DNA of 32,000 bases from Propionibacterium freudenreichii subsp. freudenreichii. GTDB taxonomy: Bacteria; Actinomycetota; Actinomycetes; Propionibacteriales; Propionibacteriaceae. Below the pieces are notes generated by a model. The model searched no databases. It saw only the letters and a program-made list of their open reading frames with translations, and had not been told where the DNA came from. Positions 17,139 through 27,695 of this stretch are shown here, piece after piece; within the stretch, counting starts at the first letter, position 1; the number at the start of each line of letters is the position of its first letter. The translations under genes and the position numbers were made by a program. Where the stretch lies: contig NZ_CP010341.1 in the NCBI RefSeq assembly GCF_000940845.1, forward strand, positions 570,001 through 602,000, written 5' to 3'.

Positions 17139-19546
17139 GCACCGATACCAAGTCATCCGAGGTCGCGACCAAGCCTGATCTGGTCACCTTCACCATCGAT
17201 GGGGCAGAGGTCAGCGTGCCGAAGGGCACCCTGGTCATCCGCGCCGCCGAGATGATCGGCATCGACATCCCACGCTTCTGCGACCACCCGCTGCTCGACC
17301 CGGTGGCCGCCTGTCGCGTCTGCCTGGTGGAGGTGCCCGACGCCGGCAACGGCCGGGCGATGAAGCCGCAGCCGGCCTGTGCATTGTCCGCAATGCCCGG
17401 CATGAAGGTGGAGACCGCAGACAGCAATCCGACGGTGGCCAAGCACCAGTCGGGGATGATCGAATTCCTGCTGATCAACCACCCGCTCGACTGCCCGATC
17501 TGCGACAAGGGCGGCGAATGCCCCCTGCAGAACCAGGCGATGAGCCATGGCCGCGGCGAGACGCGCTACGAGGGCGTCAAGCGCACCTATGCCAAGCCGA
17601 CGCACATCAATGCCGAGATCGTCTTCGACCGCGAACGCTGCATCCTGTGCCAGCGCTGCACGCGCTTCAGCGAGCAGATCAGCGGCGATGACTTCATCTC
17701 GCTGTCCGAGCGCGGCGCGTTCTCGCAGGTCGGTGAGTACGCCGACCAGCCCTATGCCTCCTACTTCGGGGGCAACATCATCCAGATCTGCCCGGTGGGC
17801 GCGCTGACCAGTGCCGACTACCGCTTCCAGTCGCGTCCGGACGACCTGGTGAGCACCCAGTCGAGCTGTGAGCACTGCGCGTCGGGTTGCGAGCTTCGTG
17901 TTGACCACCGTCACTTCCAGGTCAAGCGTCGCCTCGCGGGCAATGAGCCGGCTGTGAATGAGGAATGGAACTGCGACAAGGGTCGCTTCGGATTCCGTTC
18001 GGGCCACGGCGATGACCGCATCACCACTCCGCTGGTGCGTCGCAATGGCGCCCTGGAGCCGGCCAGCTGGCCGGAGGCCATCGATGCCGCCGCCGAGGGG
18101 CTGTCGCGGGCCGGCAAGTCGGTCGGGTTCCTGCCCGGTGGGCGCCTGACCGTCGAGAACGCCTTCGCCTACAGCCGCTTCGCGCGCGCTGTGGTGGGCA
18201 GCAATGACATCGACTTCCGCTCGCGCGCCGCAAGCGCCGAGGAAGCGACCTTCCTCACCAACCACGTGGTGGGACGCAAGCTGGCCGATTCGGTCACCTT
18301 CGAGGCCCTCGAAAAGGCCACCAAGGTGGTGCTGGTCAGCTTCGAGCCCGAGGACGAGTCCCCGATGGTCTTCTTGCGCCTGCGCAAGGCGTGGCGCAAG
18401 AACAAGCTGCAGGTCGTGTCGTTGGCGCCCTTCGCCACCCGCGGCTCGGAGAAGATGGGGGCGCGGCTGTGGCCGACGGCCCCCGGCACCGAGGCCGCTG
18501 AACTCGACAAGCTGGCGGCTGCCGGCGAACTCGACGACCAGACCATCATCCTGGTGGGGGAGCGGGCCGCACTCAGCGCCGGTGCACTCACCAAGGTGGC
18601 CGAGCTGGCCGAGCGCACGGGGGCCGGGTTCGCCTGGATCCCGCGTCGTGCCGGCGAGCTGGGTGCCCTGGAGGCCGGCCTGCTGCCGGGCCTGCTGCCC
18701 GGCGGACGCCATGTTGCCGACGCCTCGGCGCGGGTTGATGTCCAGGCCGCGTGGGGGGCCGATCAGCTTCCCGCCCAGTCGGGCCGTGATGCCGCCGCGA
18801 TCATCCGCGACGTCGCCTCGGGTTCGGTGGAGGCCCTGGTCACCGCAGGCATCCAGGCCGAGGACTTCGCCGATCCCGATGCCGTGCTGGCCGCCGTGTC
18901 AGCGGCCGGGTTCGTCGTGAGCCTGGAGCAGCGTCGCAGTGAGATCGCCGACCGCGCCGACGTGGTGCTGCCGGTGGCCCTCATCGAGGACCAGGTGGGC
19001 ACCTTCATCAACTGGGAGCACCGCGAACGTCCGGTGGCCCTGGTCAATGAGGAGACCACCTCGCCGATGACCGATGTGCGGGTGCTGGCCGCCCTGGCCG
19101 ATGCGCTCGGTTCGGACCTCGGCATGCGCACTCCCACCCAGGCCCGTCTCGCCTTCGACGAGATCTCGGACTGGTCGGGCAATGCCGACAAGCTCCCGGT
19201 CGAGGCCCCCGCCACGACCGACGCCGGGTCGGGCAACTTCGTGTTGTCCTCCTGGCGGTTGCTGATCGATGATGCCGCCGGACTCGATGGCGCCACCGCC
19301 CTGCTCGAGACGGCCCCCGCGCCGTCGGTGCGCCTGGCCCCGGCCGACGCCACCGGCCTGGGAGTTGCCGACGGACAGGCCGTGACGGTCCGCGTCGGAG
19401 GTACCACGTTCACCGCCCCGCTCACGATCGTGCCCTCCATGGTGCCCGGCGTGGTGTGGGTGCCCGGTAACACCAGAAATTCCGTTAATAGTGGGCTCGT
19501 GGCCGCTGCCGGCACACGGGTCGAAGTCACCGGAGGTGCCGCATGA
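17135..19546 (+). CDS. nuoG: NADH-quinone oxidoreductase subunit G
   Basis: ATGA overlap. Cluster motifs: CDHP...CRVCLVEV, HPLDCPICDKGGECPLQ, CILCQRCTRF and CPVGALT. The C-terminal part is molybdopterin-oxidoreductase-like. Confidence 0.97.
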   Translation: MSTDTKSSEVATKPDLVTFTIDGAEVSVPKGTLVIRAAEMIGIDIPRFCDHPLLDPVAACRVCLVEVPDAGNGRAMKPQPACALSAMPGMKVETADSNPTVAKHQSGMIEFLLINHPLDCPICDKGGECPLQNQAMSHGRGETRYEGVKRTYAKPTHINAEIVFDRERCILCQRCTRFSEQISGDDFISLSERGAFSQVGEYADQPYASYFGGNIIQICPVGALTSADYRFQSRPDDLVSTQSSCEHCASGCELRVDHRHFQVKRRLAGNEPAVNEEWNCDKGRFGFRSGHGDDRITTPLVRRNGALEPASWPEAIDAAAEGLSRAGKSVGFLPGGRLTVENAFAYSRFARAVVGSNDIDFRSRAASAEEATFLTNHVVGRKLADSVTFEALEKATKVVLVSFEPEDESPMVFLRLRKAWRKNKLQVVSLAPFATRGSEKMGARLWPTAPGTEAAELDKLAAAGELDDQTIILVGERAALSAGALTKVAELAERTGAGFAWIPRRAGELGALEAGLLPGLLPGGRHVADASARVDVQAAWGADQLPAQSGRDAAAIIRDVASGSVEALVTAGIQAEDFADPDAVLAAVSAAGFVVSLEQRRSEIADRADVVLPVALIEDQVGTFINWEHRERPVALVNEETTSPMTDVRVLAALADALGSDLGMRTPTQARLAFDEISDWSGNADKLPVEAPATTDAGSGNFVLSSWRLLIDDAAGLDGATALLETAPAPSVRLAPADATGLGVADGQAVTVRVGGTTFTAPLTIVPSMVPGVVWVPGNTRNSVNSGLVAAAGTRVEVTGGAA

Positions 19547-20913
19547 TTCCGCAAGAGAACATGATCTTCGGGGCTGATCCCTGGTGGGTCGTGCTCATCA
19601 AGGTGGTCGTGGTCTTCGTTGCCGTGCTGCTGTGGATCATCTTCAATGTGTGGTTCGAGCGTCGCATCATCGCGAAGATGCAGAACCGCATCGGTCCCAT
19701 CATGAACGGCCCGCTCGGCCTGCCGCAGACCATCGCCGAGGGCGTGAAGCTGCTGTTCAAGGAGGACTTCCGCCCCGCCCGCACCGACAAGCTGGTCTTC
19801 AACCTGGCGCCGATGCTGATCGCCATCGCGGCCTTCAGCTCGTGGGCGGTGATCCCCTTCGGCGGCGAGGTGACGATCTTTGGACACACCACGCGGCTGC
19901 AGATCACTGACCTGCCGGTCTCGGTGCTGCTGGTGCTGGCCATCGCGTCCATCGGCGTCTACGGCGTGGTACTCGCCGGATGGGCATCGAACGGCACCTA
20001 CTCGCTGCTCGGCTCCATGCGCGCCACCGCCCAGCTCATCAGCTATGAGGTGGCCATGGGCCTCTCGCTCGTCGCGGTGTTCATGTACGCCGGTTCGATG
20101 AGCACCAGCCAGATCGTCGCTGCGCAGATGCAGAACCTCGACTTCTTCGGCTTCGAGACCTTCTTCCCCTCGCACTACTGGCTGTTGTTGCTGCCGAGCT
20201 TCGTCACCTACTTCATCTCGATGTTCGGTGAGACGAACCGCCTGCCCTTCGACATGGCCGAGTGCGAGTCCGAGCTGGTCTCGGGCCACATCACCGACTA
20301 CTCCGGCTTCCGCTACGCCATGTTCTACCTGGCCGAGTACATCAACCTGCTCACCGTGTCCGCCGTCTGCACCACCCTGTTCCTGGGTGGCTACTCGGCG
20401 CCGTGGCCGTTCAACATGATCGCCGGGGGCGCCCTGTCCAACGGCTGGTGGGGCCTGCTCTGGTTCGTGCTGAAGGCCCAGTTCCTGGTGTTCTCGTTCA
20501 CCTGGGTGCGAGGCGCAGTGCCCCGCGTGCGCTACGACCAGCTCATGGACCTGGGGTGGAAGGTGCTCATCCCGATCAACCTGGTGTGGATCCTCTTCCT
20601 GGCCGTCATGCGCGGCGGCATCGCCAACGGTTGGTTCGCCAACCCGGCCATGCGCGTCATCGTCGGAGTCATCGTGGTGGCCCTGCTCGCCTATGCGCTG
20701 TGGCCACGAAAGAAGGAGGCCGAACCCGACGACGCCGACGACGAGGTCTTCGATGCCTTCGCCGACGGCTACCCGGTGCCGCCGATGCCCGGCCAGAAGC
20801 TTGCTGCCTACGCCGGCATCGTCGCCTCCGAACCCGCGCCGCCCAGCCGGGCGCCCTCGGGCGGAGATTCATCAGGTCCAGATTCAGGCAAGTCGATCAA
20901 GGGGGTGCTGTAA
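19543..20913 (+). CDS. nuoH: NADH-quinone oxidoreductase subunit H
   Basis: ATGA overlap. ND1-type polytopic protein with RIGPIMNGPLGLPQ and AECESELVSGHITDYSGFRYAMFYLAEY. The C-terminal tail of about 80 aa is acidic and Pro-rich. Confidence 0.96.
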   Translation: MIPQENMIFGADPWWVVLIKVVVVFVAVLLWIIFNVWFERRIIAKMQNRIGPIMNGPLGLPQTIAEGVKLLFKEDFRPARTDKLVFNLAPMLIAIAAFSSWAVIPFGGEVTIFGHTTRLQITDLPVSVLLVLAIASIGVYGVVLAGWASNGTYSLLGSMRATAQLISYEVAMGLSLVAVFMYAGSMSTSQIVAAQMQNLDFFGFETFFPSHYWLLLLPSFVTYFISMFGETNRLPFDMAECESELVSGHITDYSGFRYAMFYLAEYINLLTVSAVCTTLFLGGYSAPWPFNMIAGGALSNGWWGLLWFVLKAQFLVFSFTWVRGAVPRVRYDQLMDLGWKVLIPINLVWILFLAVMRGGIANGWFANPAMRVIVGVIVVALLAYALWPRKKEAEPDDADDEVFDAFADGYPVPPMPGQKLAAYAGIVASEPAPPSRAPSGGDSSGPDSGKSIKGVL

Positions 20914-21486
20914 ATGGGTGCGTGGTCCGGTTTCGGAATCACCTTCCGAACGATGTTCCGCAAGTCCTTCACCCAGGGTTACCCGGAGAAGGGCAAGGAG
21001 CGCCTCGTTGCTCCGCGCTTCCATGGTCGTCACCAGCTGAACCGCTGGCCCGACGGTCTCGAGAAGTGCGTGGGTTGCGAGCTGTGTTCGTGGGCCTGCC
21101 CGGCCGACGCCATCTACGTGGAGGGCGCCGACAACACCGAGGAGGAGCGTTACAGCCCCGGTGAGCGCTATGGGCGCGTCTACCAGATCAACTATCTGCG
21201 CTGCATCCTGTGTGGCATGTGCATCGAGGCCTGCCCCACGCGGGCCCTCACGATGACCAATGAGTTCAAGCTCGCCGATGAGACCCGCGAGAGCCTCATC
21301 TACGACAAGGACCGCCTGCTCGCCCCGCTGCTGCCGGGCATGGAGCAGCCCCCGCATCCCCGCCGTCTCGGTGACGACGAGGACGACTACTTCCTCGGCC
21401 TGCCTCCCAGCAACCAGCTGGACGAGCGCGGCGTGGTCGTCGCGGCGCGTGCGGCCGCCAACAACTGGACTGGAGTTGCGAAATGA
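20914..21486 (+). CDS. nuoI: NADH-quinone oxidoreductase subunit I
   Basis: The start is immediately after the nuoH TAA. Two ferredoxin motifs are present: [12 protein letters not shown] and [12 protein letters not shown]. Confidence 0.97.
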   Translation: MGAWSGFGITFRTMFRKSFTQGYPEKGKERLVAPRFHGRHQLNRWPDGLEKCVGCELCSWACPADAIYVEGADNTEEERYSPGERYGRVYQINYLRCILCGMCIEACPTRALTMTNEFKLADETRESLIYDKDRLLAPLLPGMEQPPHPRRLGDDEDDYFLGLPPSNQLDERGVVVAARAAANNWTGVAK

Positions 21487-22352
21487 TCCCCCTGGTCACT
21501 GCTCAGGCAGTCGCCTTCTGGGTGCTCGGGCCGCTCAGCGTCATTGCCGGTATCGGCATGGTGGTGAACCGCAAGCCCGTGCACTCGGCGCTCTGCCTCG
21601 CCGGTCTCATGGTGTGCCTTGCCGGCCTGTACGCAAGCCTGGACGCGCCGTTCCTGTTCGTCGCCCAGATCATCGTCTACACCGGCGCGGTCATGATGCT
21701 GTTCGTGTTCACCATGATGGTGATCGGCATTGACACCGTCGACGAGATGATCGAAACGATCAAGGGCCAGCGCGTCGCCGCCATCATCGGCGTCGTCGGC
21801 CTGCTGGCGCTGCTCGTGCTGGCTGTGGGCCATGGCATCGTCTCCAGCCCGGCCGGCCTCGAACAGGCCACCGGCGCCGACGGTAATGTGCGCTCGCTGG
21901 CCTATCTGATCTTCAGCGACTATGTGTTCCCCTTCGAGGCCACTGCCGCCCTGCTGATCACCGCCGCCCTGGCGGCGATGGTGCTGGCGCACGGCGAGCC
22001 GCTGTTCAAGAAGGAACAGCAGAAGGAACGCATCAACCGCCGCACCAAGGAGTTCGGCGAGAAGGGCACCCAGCCCGGACCGCTGCCGAACCCCGGCGTG
22101 TACGCCCGACACAACTCGGTGGACTATCCCTCGTTACTGCCCGATGGTTCCATCTCGGACGACTCGATCATCCCGACGCTGGCTGAACGCGGCATCGTCG
22201 TGGTCGACAAGAACCGCCTGCTCACCCCGACGAAGAGCGCCAACAAGGCGATCGTCGATGTGCGCGACGACCAGAAGGGCATCGTGCCCGGTGACGATGA
22301 GCTCGCCGCTGAGCCGACTGACGAGAACGGACTCAAGGAGGTCAACCGATGA
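21483..22352 (+). CDS. nuoJ: NADH-quinone oxidoreductase subunit J
   Basis: ATGA overlap. ND6-type protein with 5 TM helices and a hydrophilic C-terminal extension. Its position in the operon fits nuoJ. Confidence 0.93.
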   Translation: MIPLVTAQAVAFWVLGPLSVIAGIGMVVNRKPVHSALCLAGLMVCLAGLYASLDAPFLFVAQIIVYTGAVMMLFVFTMMVIGIDTVDEMIETIKGQRVAAIIGVVGLLALLVLAVGHGIVSSPAGLEQATGADGNVRSLAYLIFSDYVFPFEATAALLITAALAAMVLAHGEPLFKKEQQKERINRRTKEFGEKGTQPGPLPNPGVYARHNSVDYPSLLPDGSISDDSIIPTLAERGIVVVDKNRLLTPTKSANKAIVDVRDDQKGIVPGDDELAAEPTDENGLKEVNR

Positions 22353-22648
22353 ACCCCAATGCGTTCATCGTCCTGTCCGCGATTCTGTTCTGCATCGGCG
22401 TGCTGGGCTTCCTCGTGCGCCGCAATGCGATCATCGCGTTCATGTCGATCGAGCTGATGCTCAACGCTGCGAACCTGTCGCTGGCGACGTTCGCCAATGT
22501 GCACGGCAATCTCGACGGTCAAGTGGCCGCATTCTTCGTGATGGTGGTGGCCGCCGCGGAAGTTGTCGTGGGCCTGGCCATCATCATGACGATTTTCCGC
22601 ACCCGACGCTCGGCCTCGGTCGACGACGAAAACCTGCTGAAGCACTGA
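22349..22648 (+). CDS. nuoK: NADH-quinone oxidoreductase subunit K
   Basis: ATGA overlap. 99-aa ND4L-type protein with 3 TM helices ([22 protein letters not shown]). Confidence 0.96.
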   Translation: MNPNAFIVLSAILFCIGVLGFLVRRNAIIAFMSIELMLNAANLSLATFANVHGNLDGQVAAFFVMVVAAAEVVVGLAIIMTIFRTRRSASVDDENLLKH

Positions 22649-22658
22649 GGGGGCATCG

Positions 22659-24566
22659 GTGAATCTTCTTCAGACCATGAATCCGGTCGCAGCTACCGGA
22701 TTGTTCAGTTACGCATGGCTCATGATCGCGATTCCGCTCGCGGTCGCGGGTCTGCTCCTCGTGCTCGGCAAGCTTGCCGACGCGTGGGGCCACCTCCTCG
22801 GCGTCCTCGCCCCGATCGCGTCCTTCGTGATTGCACTGTTGCTCTTCATTTCGATGATGGGCAGCGACGAGGCCAGCCGATCGGTCCGGGTACCCGTCTA
22901 CACATGGGTGAGCGCCGGCGCATTCTCGATCGACATCTCGATGCTGGTTGACCAGCTGTCGATCCTGTTTGCACTGCTGGTCACCTTCGTCGGCTCCCTC
23001 ATCTTCATCTACTCGATCGGCTACATGAAGGAGGACCCGAAGCGTCGCCGCTTCTTCGCCTTCCTGAACTTCTTCGTCGCCTCGATGATGACCCTGGTGC
23101 TGGCCGACAACTACATCATGTTGTTCATCGGCTGGGAGGGCGTCGGCCTGGCGTCCTATCTGCTGATCGGCTTCTGGCAGGAACGCAACTCCGCCGCCCT
23201 GGCCGCCAAGAAGGCCTTCGTCACCAACAAGGTCGGTGACCTCGGCCTGTTCGCCGCCAGCTTCGCGATGTTCTCGCTGTTCGGCTCGGTGCGCTTCGAC
23301 GTGGTGAGCAACTCGGTGGCGAATGTCTCGCCGGCCTGGGCCACTGCGCTCGGCTGCCTGCTGTTGCTGGCCGCCTGCGGCAAGTCCGCCCAGGTGCCGC
23401 TGCAGGTGTGGCTGCTGGATGCCATGGAGGGCCCCACCCCGGTGTCGGCCCTGATCCACGCGGCCACGATGGTGACCGCCGGCGTCTACCTGGTGGTGCG
23501 CTCGCACGCGATCTACGCGCTCAGCAACTCCGCCAGCCTCGCCGTGGCGATCGTCGGCCTGGCCTCGGTGTTCGCCGGCGCCTGGATCGGCTGTGCCAAG
23601 GACGACATCAAGAAGGTGCTGGCCGGCTCCACGATGAGCCAGATCGGCTACATGATGCTCGCCGCCGGGCTCGGACCGGCGGGTGCTGCCTTCGCGATCT
23701 TCCACCTGCTCACCCACGGTGCCTTCAAGGCCAATATGTTCCTGGGTGCCGGTGCTGTGATGCACGGGATGAACGAGGACACGAACATGCACCACTTCGG
23801 CGCACTGGCCAAGGCCATGCCCTGGGTGTTCGGCACCTTTGCCTGTGGCTACCTGGCCATCATCGGCTTCCCGTTCTTCGCCGGCTTCTACTCGAAGGAC
23901 CACATCATCGTGGCCGCCTTCGACAAGGGCCCGATCTTCGGCTGGCTGGCGCTGATCGGCGCCGGTATCACCGCGTTCTACATGACGCGCCTGATGATGA
24001 TGACCTTCATGGGCAACAAGCGTTGGCTGCCCGGTGTGCACCCGCACAAGCCCGGTGCGCTCATGGTGGTCCCGCTGGTGATCCTGGCGATCATCTCCGT
24101 GGTCGGTGGCCTGGCCCTCAACGGTTGGATCCAGGGCTGGTTGGAGCCGGCCGTGGCCAACGAGATTAAGCCCGTGCATGTCTTCGACACCGGTTGGATC
24201 AGCCTGGTCACCCTGCTCGCGGTGGCGCTCGGCGTGGTGATCGGCGTGGTGCTCTACCGCTCGAACATCGCGCAGGAGACGCCCGTCTCGCACAACTTCT
24301 TCGTGCTGGCAGGACGCAACGAGCTGTATGCCAATCAATTCAACGAGGCGGTTCTCATGCGCCCCGGACAGGCCCTGTGCAATGGCCTGGAGCTCACCGA
24401 CAACCACCTGGTTGACGGCACGGTGCGTAGTTCCGCTGCGGTGGTGACCGGTGCCTCTGGTGCTCTCAGGTTGCTGCAGAACGGCTATGTGCGAACGTAC
24501 GGCGTCACGATGGCCCTCGGCCTCGTCGTGATCGGCGTCGTGATGATCCTGGGCCAGCTGGCCTGA
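22659..24566 (+). CDS. nuoL: NADH-quinone oxidoreductase subunit L
   Basis: GTG start 5 nt after GAGGGGG. ND5-type antiporter-like subunit with FIGWEGVGLASYLLIGFW, KSAQVPLQVWLLDAMEGPTPVSALIHAATMVTAGVY and a C-terminal lateral-helix region. Confidence 0.96.
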   Translation: MNLLQTMNPVAATGLFSYAWLMIAIPLAVAGLLLVLGKLADAWGHLLGVLAPIASFVIALLLFISMMGSDEASRSVRVPVYTWVSAGAFSIDISMLVDQLSILFALLVTFVGSLIFIYSIGYMKEDPKRRRFFAFLNFFVASMMTLVLADNYIMLFIGWEGVGLASYLLIGFWQERNSAALAAKKAFVTNKVGDLGLFAASFAMFSLFGSVRFDVVSNSVANVSPAWATALGCLLLLAACGKSAQVPLQVWLLDAMEGPTPVSALIHAATMVTAGVYLVVRSHAIYALSNSASLAVAIVGLASVFAGAWIGCAKDDIKKVLAGSTMSQIGYMMLAAGLGPAGAAFAIFHLLTHGAFKANMFLGAGAVMHGMNEDTNMHHFGALAKAMPWVFGTFACGYLAIIGFPFFAGFYSKDHIIVAAFDKGPIFGWLALIGAGITAFYMTRLMMMTFMGNKRWLPGVHPHKPGALMVVPLVILAIISVVGGLALNGWIQGWLEPAVANEIKPVHVFDTGWISLVTLLAVALGVVIGVVLYRSNIAQETPVSHNFFVLAGRNELYANQFNEAVLMRPGQALCNGLELTDNHLVDGTVRSSAAVVTGASGALRLLQNGYVRTYGVTMALGLVVIGVVMILGQLA

Positions 24567-24580
24567 GGAAGGAAATAGTG

Positions 24581-26122
24581 ATGACTTTCCCCTGGCTCAC
24601 GGTTCTGGGTCTGCTGCCGCTCCTTGGCTCCGTCATCGTCTTCGCATTGCGCGGACGTGGCGGCAAGGTGGCCGCAATGGTGTTCTCGCTGGTCACCCTC
24701 GTGGTGGGCGTGGCGACCTTCTTCATGACCGGACTGACCGAAAAGGTCAGTTGGATCTCGCCGATCGGCGCATGGTACGCACTCGACCTGGACGGCATGT
24801 CCAAGGTGCTGGTGCTGCTCACCGTCATCCTGGTTCCCATCGTGCTGATCGCCGAATGGCATGTCGGTGATTCCTCGACGCAGAACCAGAACGCCGCCGA
24901 CACCACCTCGCAGGTGGCCCCGGCGCGTTGGTCGAGCGAGACCTTCATGGCGCTGGCCCTGATGCTGGAGGGCTTCACCCTCTATGTGTTCATGGCCTCC
25001 GACCTGCTGCTCTTCTACATCTTCTTCGAGGCAACCCTCATCCCGATGTACTTCCTCATCGCCGGATGGGGCGGCGCCCGACGTGCCGCAGCGGCGATGA
25101 AGTTCCTGCTGTTCAGCCTGTTCGGTGGCTTCGTGCTGCTGCTCGGCGTGATCGGCATGTACGCCGTGTCGGCCGGTGCCGGCAAGCCCAGCCTGCTCAC
25201 CGCCGACCTCGCCGGCCTGTCGATGGGCCAGGGCATGGAGCGCTGGCTGTTCGTCGCCTTCTTCATCGCCTTCGCGATCAAGGCCCCGATGGTGCCGGTG
25301 CACACCTGGTTGCCCGACGCCGCCGAGCAGGCGAGGCCCGGTGCCTCGACCCTGCTGGTGGCCACGCTCGACAAGATCGGCACCTTCGGGATGATCCGCT
25401 TCTGCCTGGCCTTCTTCCCGGAGGCCACCAAGTGGGCGTCACCGTTCGTGCTGGTGCTGGCCGTGATCTCGATCTTCTACGGCGCCTTCATGGCGATCGG
25501 TTCGAAGAACCTGCTGCGACTGGTGGCCTACACCTCGGTGAGCCACTTCGGCTTCATGGTGCTCGGCATCTTCTCGTTCACCACCGAGTCGATCGCCGGT
25601 TCGATCTTCTACATGCTGGCCCACGGATTCAGCGCTGCGGCGATGTTCCTGGTGGTCGGCTTCCTGATCGACCGCCGCGGCAGCGCACTGATCGCCGACT
25701 TCGGTGGCGCACAGAAGCTCGTGCCACTGATCGCGGGCGTCTACCTGACGGCCGGCCTGGCGACGCTCGGCCTGCCCGGCCTGGCGAACTTCGCCGGCGA
25801 GTACATGATCATGGCCGGCGTCTGGCAGCGTCACCTGGTGTTCGTTGCGGTGGCCGTGGTCGCCACGGTGCTTGCCGCGGTCTACATCATGCTGTCGTAC
25901 CAGCGCGTGTTCACCGGGCCCGCCACGGAGCAGAGCGAGAAGCACATGACGCACGACCTCACCGGTCGCGAGCGTCTGGTGATCGCACCGCTGATCGCCC
26001 TGCTGCTGTTCTTCGGGTGCGTCCCCAAGCCAACGTTCGACGTCGTGAACCCGACTGCGAAGGAAGCAATGGTTCAGGTTTCCATGGTCGATCCTCAGCC
26101 CACTGTGAAGAGGGGTAAGTGA
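24581..26122 (+). CDS. nuoM: NADH-quinone oxidoreductase subunit M
   Basis: ATG 24581 is preceded by GAGGAAGGA; GTG 24578 is the track start. ND4-type subunit with FFEATLIPMYFLI and FAIKAPMVPVHTWLPDA. Confidence 0.96.
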   Translation: MTFPWLTVLGLLPLLGSVIVFALRGRGGKVAAMVFSLVTLVVGVATFFMTGLTEKVSWISPIGAWYALDLDGMSKVLVLLTVILVPIVLIAEWHVGDSSTQNQNAADTTSQVAPARWSSETFMALALMLEGFTLYVFMASDLLLFYIFFEATLIPMYFLIAGWGGARRAAAAMKFLLFSLFGGFVLLLGVIGMYAVSAGAGKPSLLTADLAGLSMGQGMERWLFVAFFIAFAIKAPMVPVHTWLPDAAEQARPGASTLLVATLDKIGTFGMIRFCLAFFPEATKWASPFVLVLAVISIFYGAFMAIGSKNLLRLVAYTSVSHFGFMVLGIFSFTTESIAGSIFYMLAHGFSAAAMFLVVGFLIDRRGSALIADFGGAQKLVPLIAGVYLTAGLATLGLPGLANFAGEYMIMAGVWQRHLVFVAVAVVATVLAAVYIMLSYQRVFTGPATEQSEKHMTHDLTGRERLVIAPLIALLLFFGCVPKPTFDVVNPTAKEAMVQVSMVDPQPTVKRGK

Positions 26123-26125
26123 GTT

Positions 26126-27682
26126 ATGCACACTCCCACGATTGAATACGGGCTGATCGCTCCGCTCATCGTCCTGATTGTCGGAGCCATTGTCTCGGTG
26201 CTCGCCGAGGCCTTCATCAAGCGCGGCAAGCGCTTCAGCGTGCAGTTCGCGATCGCCGTGATCACCATGGCCGTCGCGCTCGGCCTGGTCTGCTTCGACT
26301 GGTCGTCGCAGCCTGGGGCCGCCGTGATGGGTGCGCTGTCGATCGACGGTCCCACCCGCGCGGTGTGGATGCTGCTGCTGTCGTTCGGGCTGCTCTCGGC
26401 GCTGCTCTATGGCGAGCGTCGCATCGGCGGCGGGGCAAGTTCCTTCGCCCCGCAGGGCCATACGGTGCCCGGCAGCCTGGCTGAGCGCCAGGCCATCGCC
26501 GCGCGCCAGGAGAACTCCGAGGTCTTCGCACTGCTGGAGATGTCACTGTTCGGCATGCTGGTGTTCTCGGCCGCCAACGACCTGCTCACCATGTTCGTGG
26601 CACTGGAGATCCTCTCGCTGCCGCTGTACGTGATGTGTGCCCTGGCGCGCCGTCGCCGCCTGCTGTCGCAGGAGGCCGCGCTGAAGTACTTCATGCTCGG
26701 CGCCATGTCGAGTGCCTTCTTCCTGTTCGGCGCCGCGCTGCTGTACGGCTACACGGGAAGCTTCAACTTCGCGCTGATGGATCGTTCCATCACCCTGTCC
26801 ACCGAGTCGATCGGGCTGTTGCTCGCCGGCACCGCGCTGGTCACCTCCGGCGTGCTGTTCAAGGTGGGCGCGGTGCCCTTCCACAACTGGGTTCCCGACG
26901 TCTACACCGGCGCCCCGACCCCGGTCACCGGCTTCATGGCCATCTGCACCAAGATCGCCGCCTTCGCCGGCCTGCTGCGCGTGCTCTACGTCGCGCTCGG
27001 CGGGGCCCGCTGGGACTGGCAGCTGGTGCTGGTGGTCATCGCCCTGGCCACCATGCTGATTGGTGCTGTCGTCGGCCTGGCACAGACCGACGTGAAGCGC
27101 CTGCTGGCCTACTCGTCCATCGCGCATGCCGGCTTCATCATGATTGCGGTGGTTGGCGCCGTGACCGCTGCTGGTGGCCTAGCCGCCGGCGAGTCCGGCT
27201 CCGTGTCCAGCGTGATGTACTACCTGGCCGCCTACGGCCTGGCGACGCTGGGAGCCTTCGCGATCCTGCCCATGGTGCGGCGTGTCGGCGGCGAGGCCAA
27301 TGGCTTCGACGCATGGGCCGGGCTGGGCAGGCGTCGTCCCGTGCTCGCGGTGATCATGACGCTGTTCCTGGCCTCCATGGCAGGCATCCCGCTCACCGGT
27401 GGCTTCATCGGCAAGCTGCTGGCCTTCAGCGCGGGCTGGCAGGGCGGCTACGCCTGGCTGGCCGTCGTGGCCATCTGCCTGTCGGTCGTGACCGCGGCCT
27501 ACTACTTCCGCGTCGTGTGGATCATGTTCTTCAAGGAACCTGACATGGAAGTTGACGTGGTCAAGGCTGGCTGGCCCACCTGGCTGGTCATCATCATCGG
27601 CGTTGTCGGTACTGTTGTTCTCGGCATTGCGCCGGGGCCGGTACTTGACCTGTTCACCGGCGCAGCACAGTTCCTGCGCTGA
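26126..27682 (+). CDS. nuoN: NADH-quinone oxidoreductase subunit N
   Basis: ATG lies 3 nt after the nuoM stop, with AGAGGGG upstream. ND2-type subunit with FKVGAVPFHNWVPDVYTGAPTPVTGF and LLAYSSIAHAGF. Confidence 0.96.
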   Translation: MHTPTIEYGLIAPLIVLIVGAIVSVLAEAFIKRGKRFSVQFAIAVITMAVALGLVCFDWSSQPGAAVMGALSIDGPTRAVWMLLLSFGLLSALLYGERRIGGGASSFAPQGHTVPGSLAERQAIAARQENSEVFALLEMSLFGMLVFSAANDLLTMFVALEILSLPLYVMCALARRRRLLSQEAALKYFMLGAMSSAFFLFGAALLYGYTGSFNFALMDRSITLSTESIGLLLAGTALVTSGVLFKVGAVPFHNWVPDVYTGAPTPVTGFMAICTKIAAFAGLLRVLYVALGGARWDWQLVLVVIALATMLIGAVVGLAQTDVKRLLAYSSIAHAGFIMIAVVGAVTAAGGLAAGESGSVSSVMYYLAAYGLATLGAFAILPMVRRVGGEANGFDAWAGLGRRRPVLAVIMTLFLASMAGIPLTGGFIGKLLAFSAGWQGGYAWLAVVAICLSVVTAAYYFRVVWIMFFKEPDMEVDVVKAGWPTWLVIIIGVVGTVVLGIAPGPVLDLFTGAAQFLR

Positions 27683-27695
27683 TAAGGAGACGACC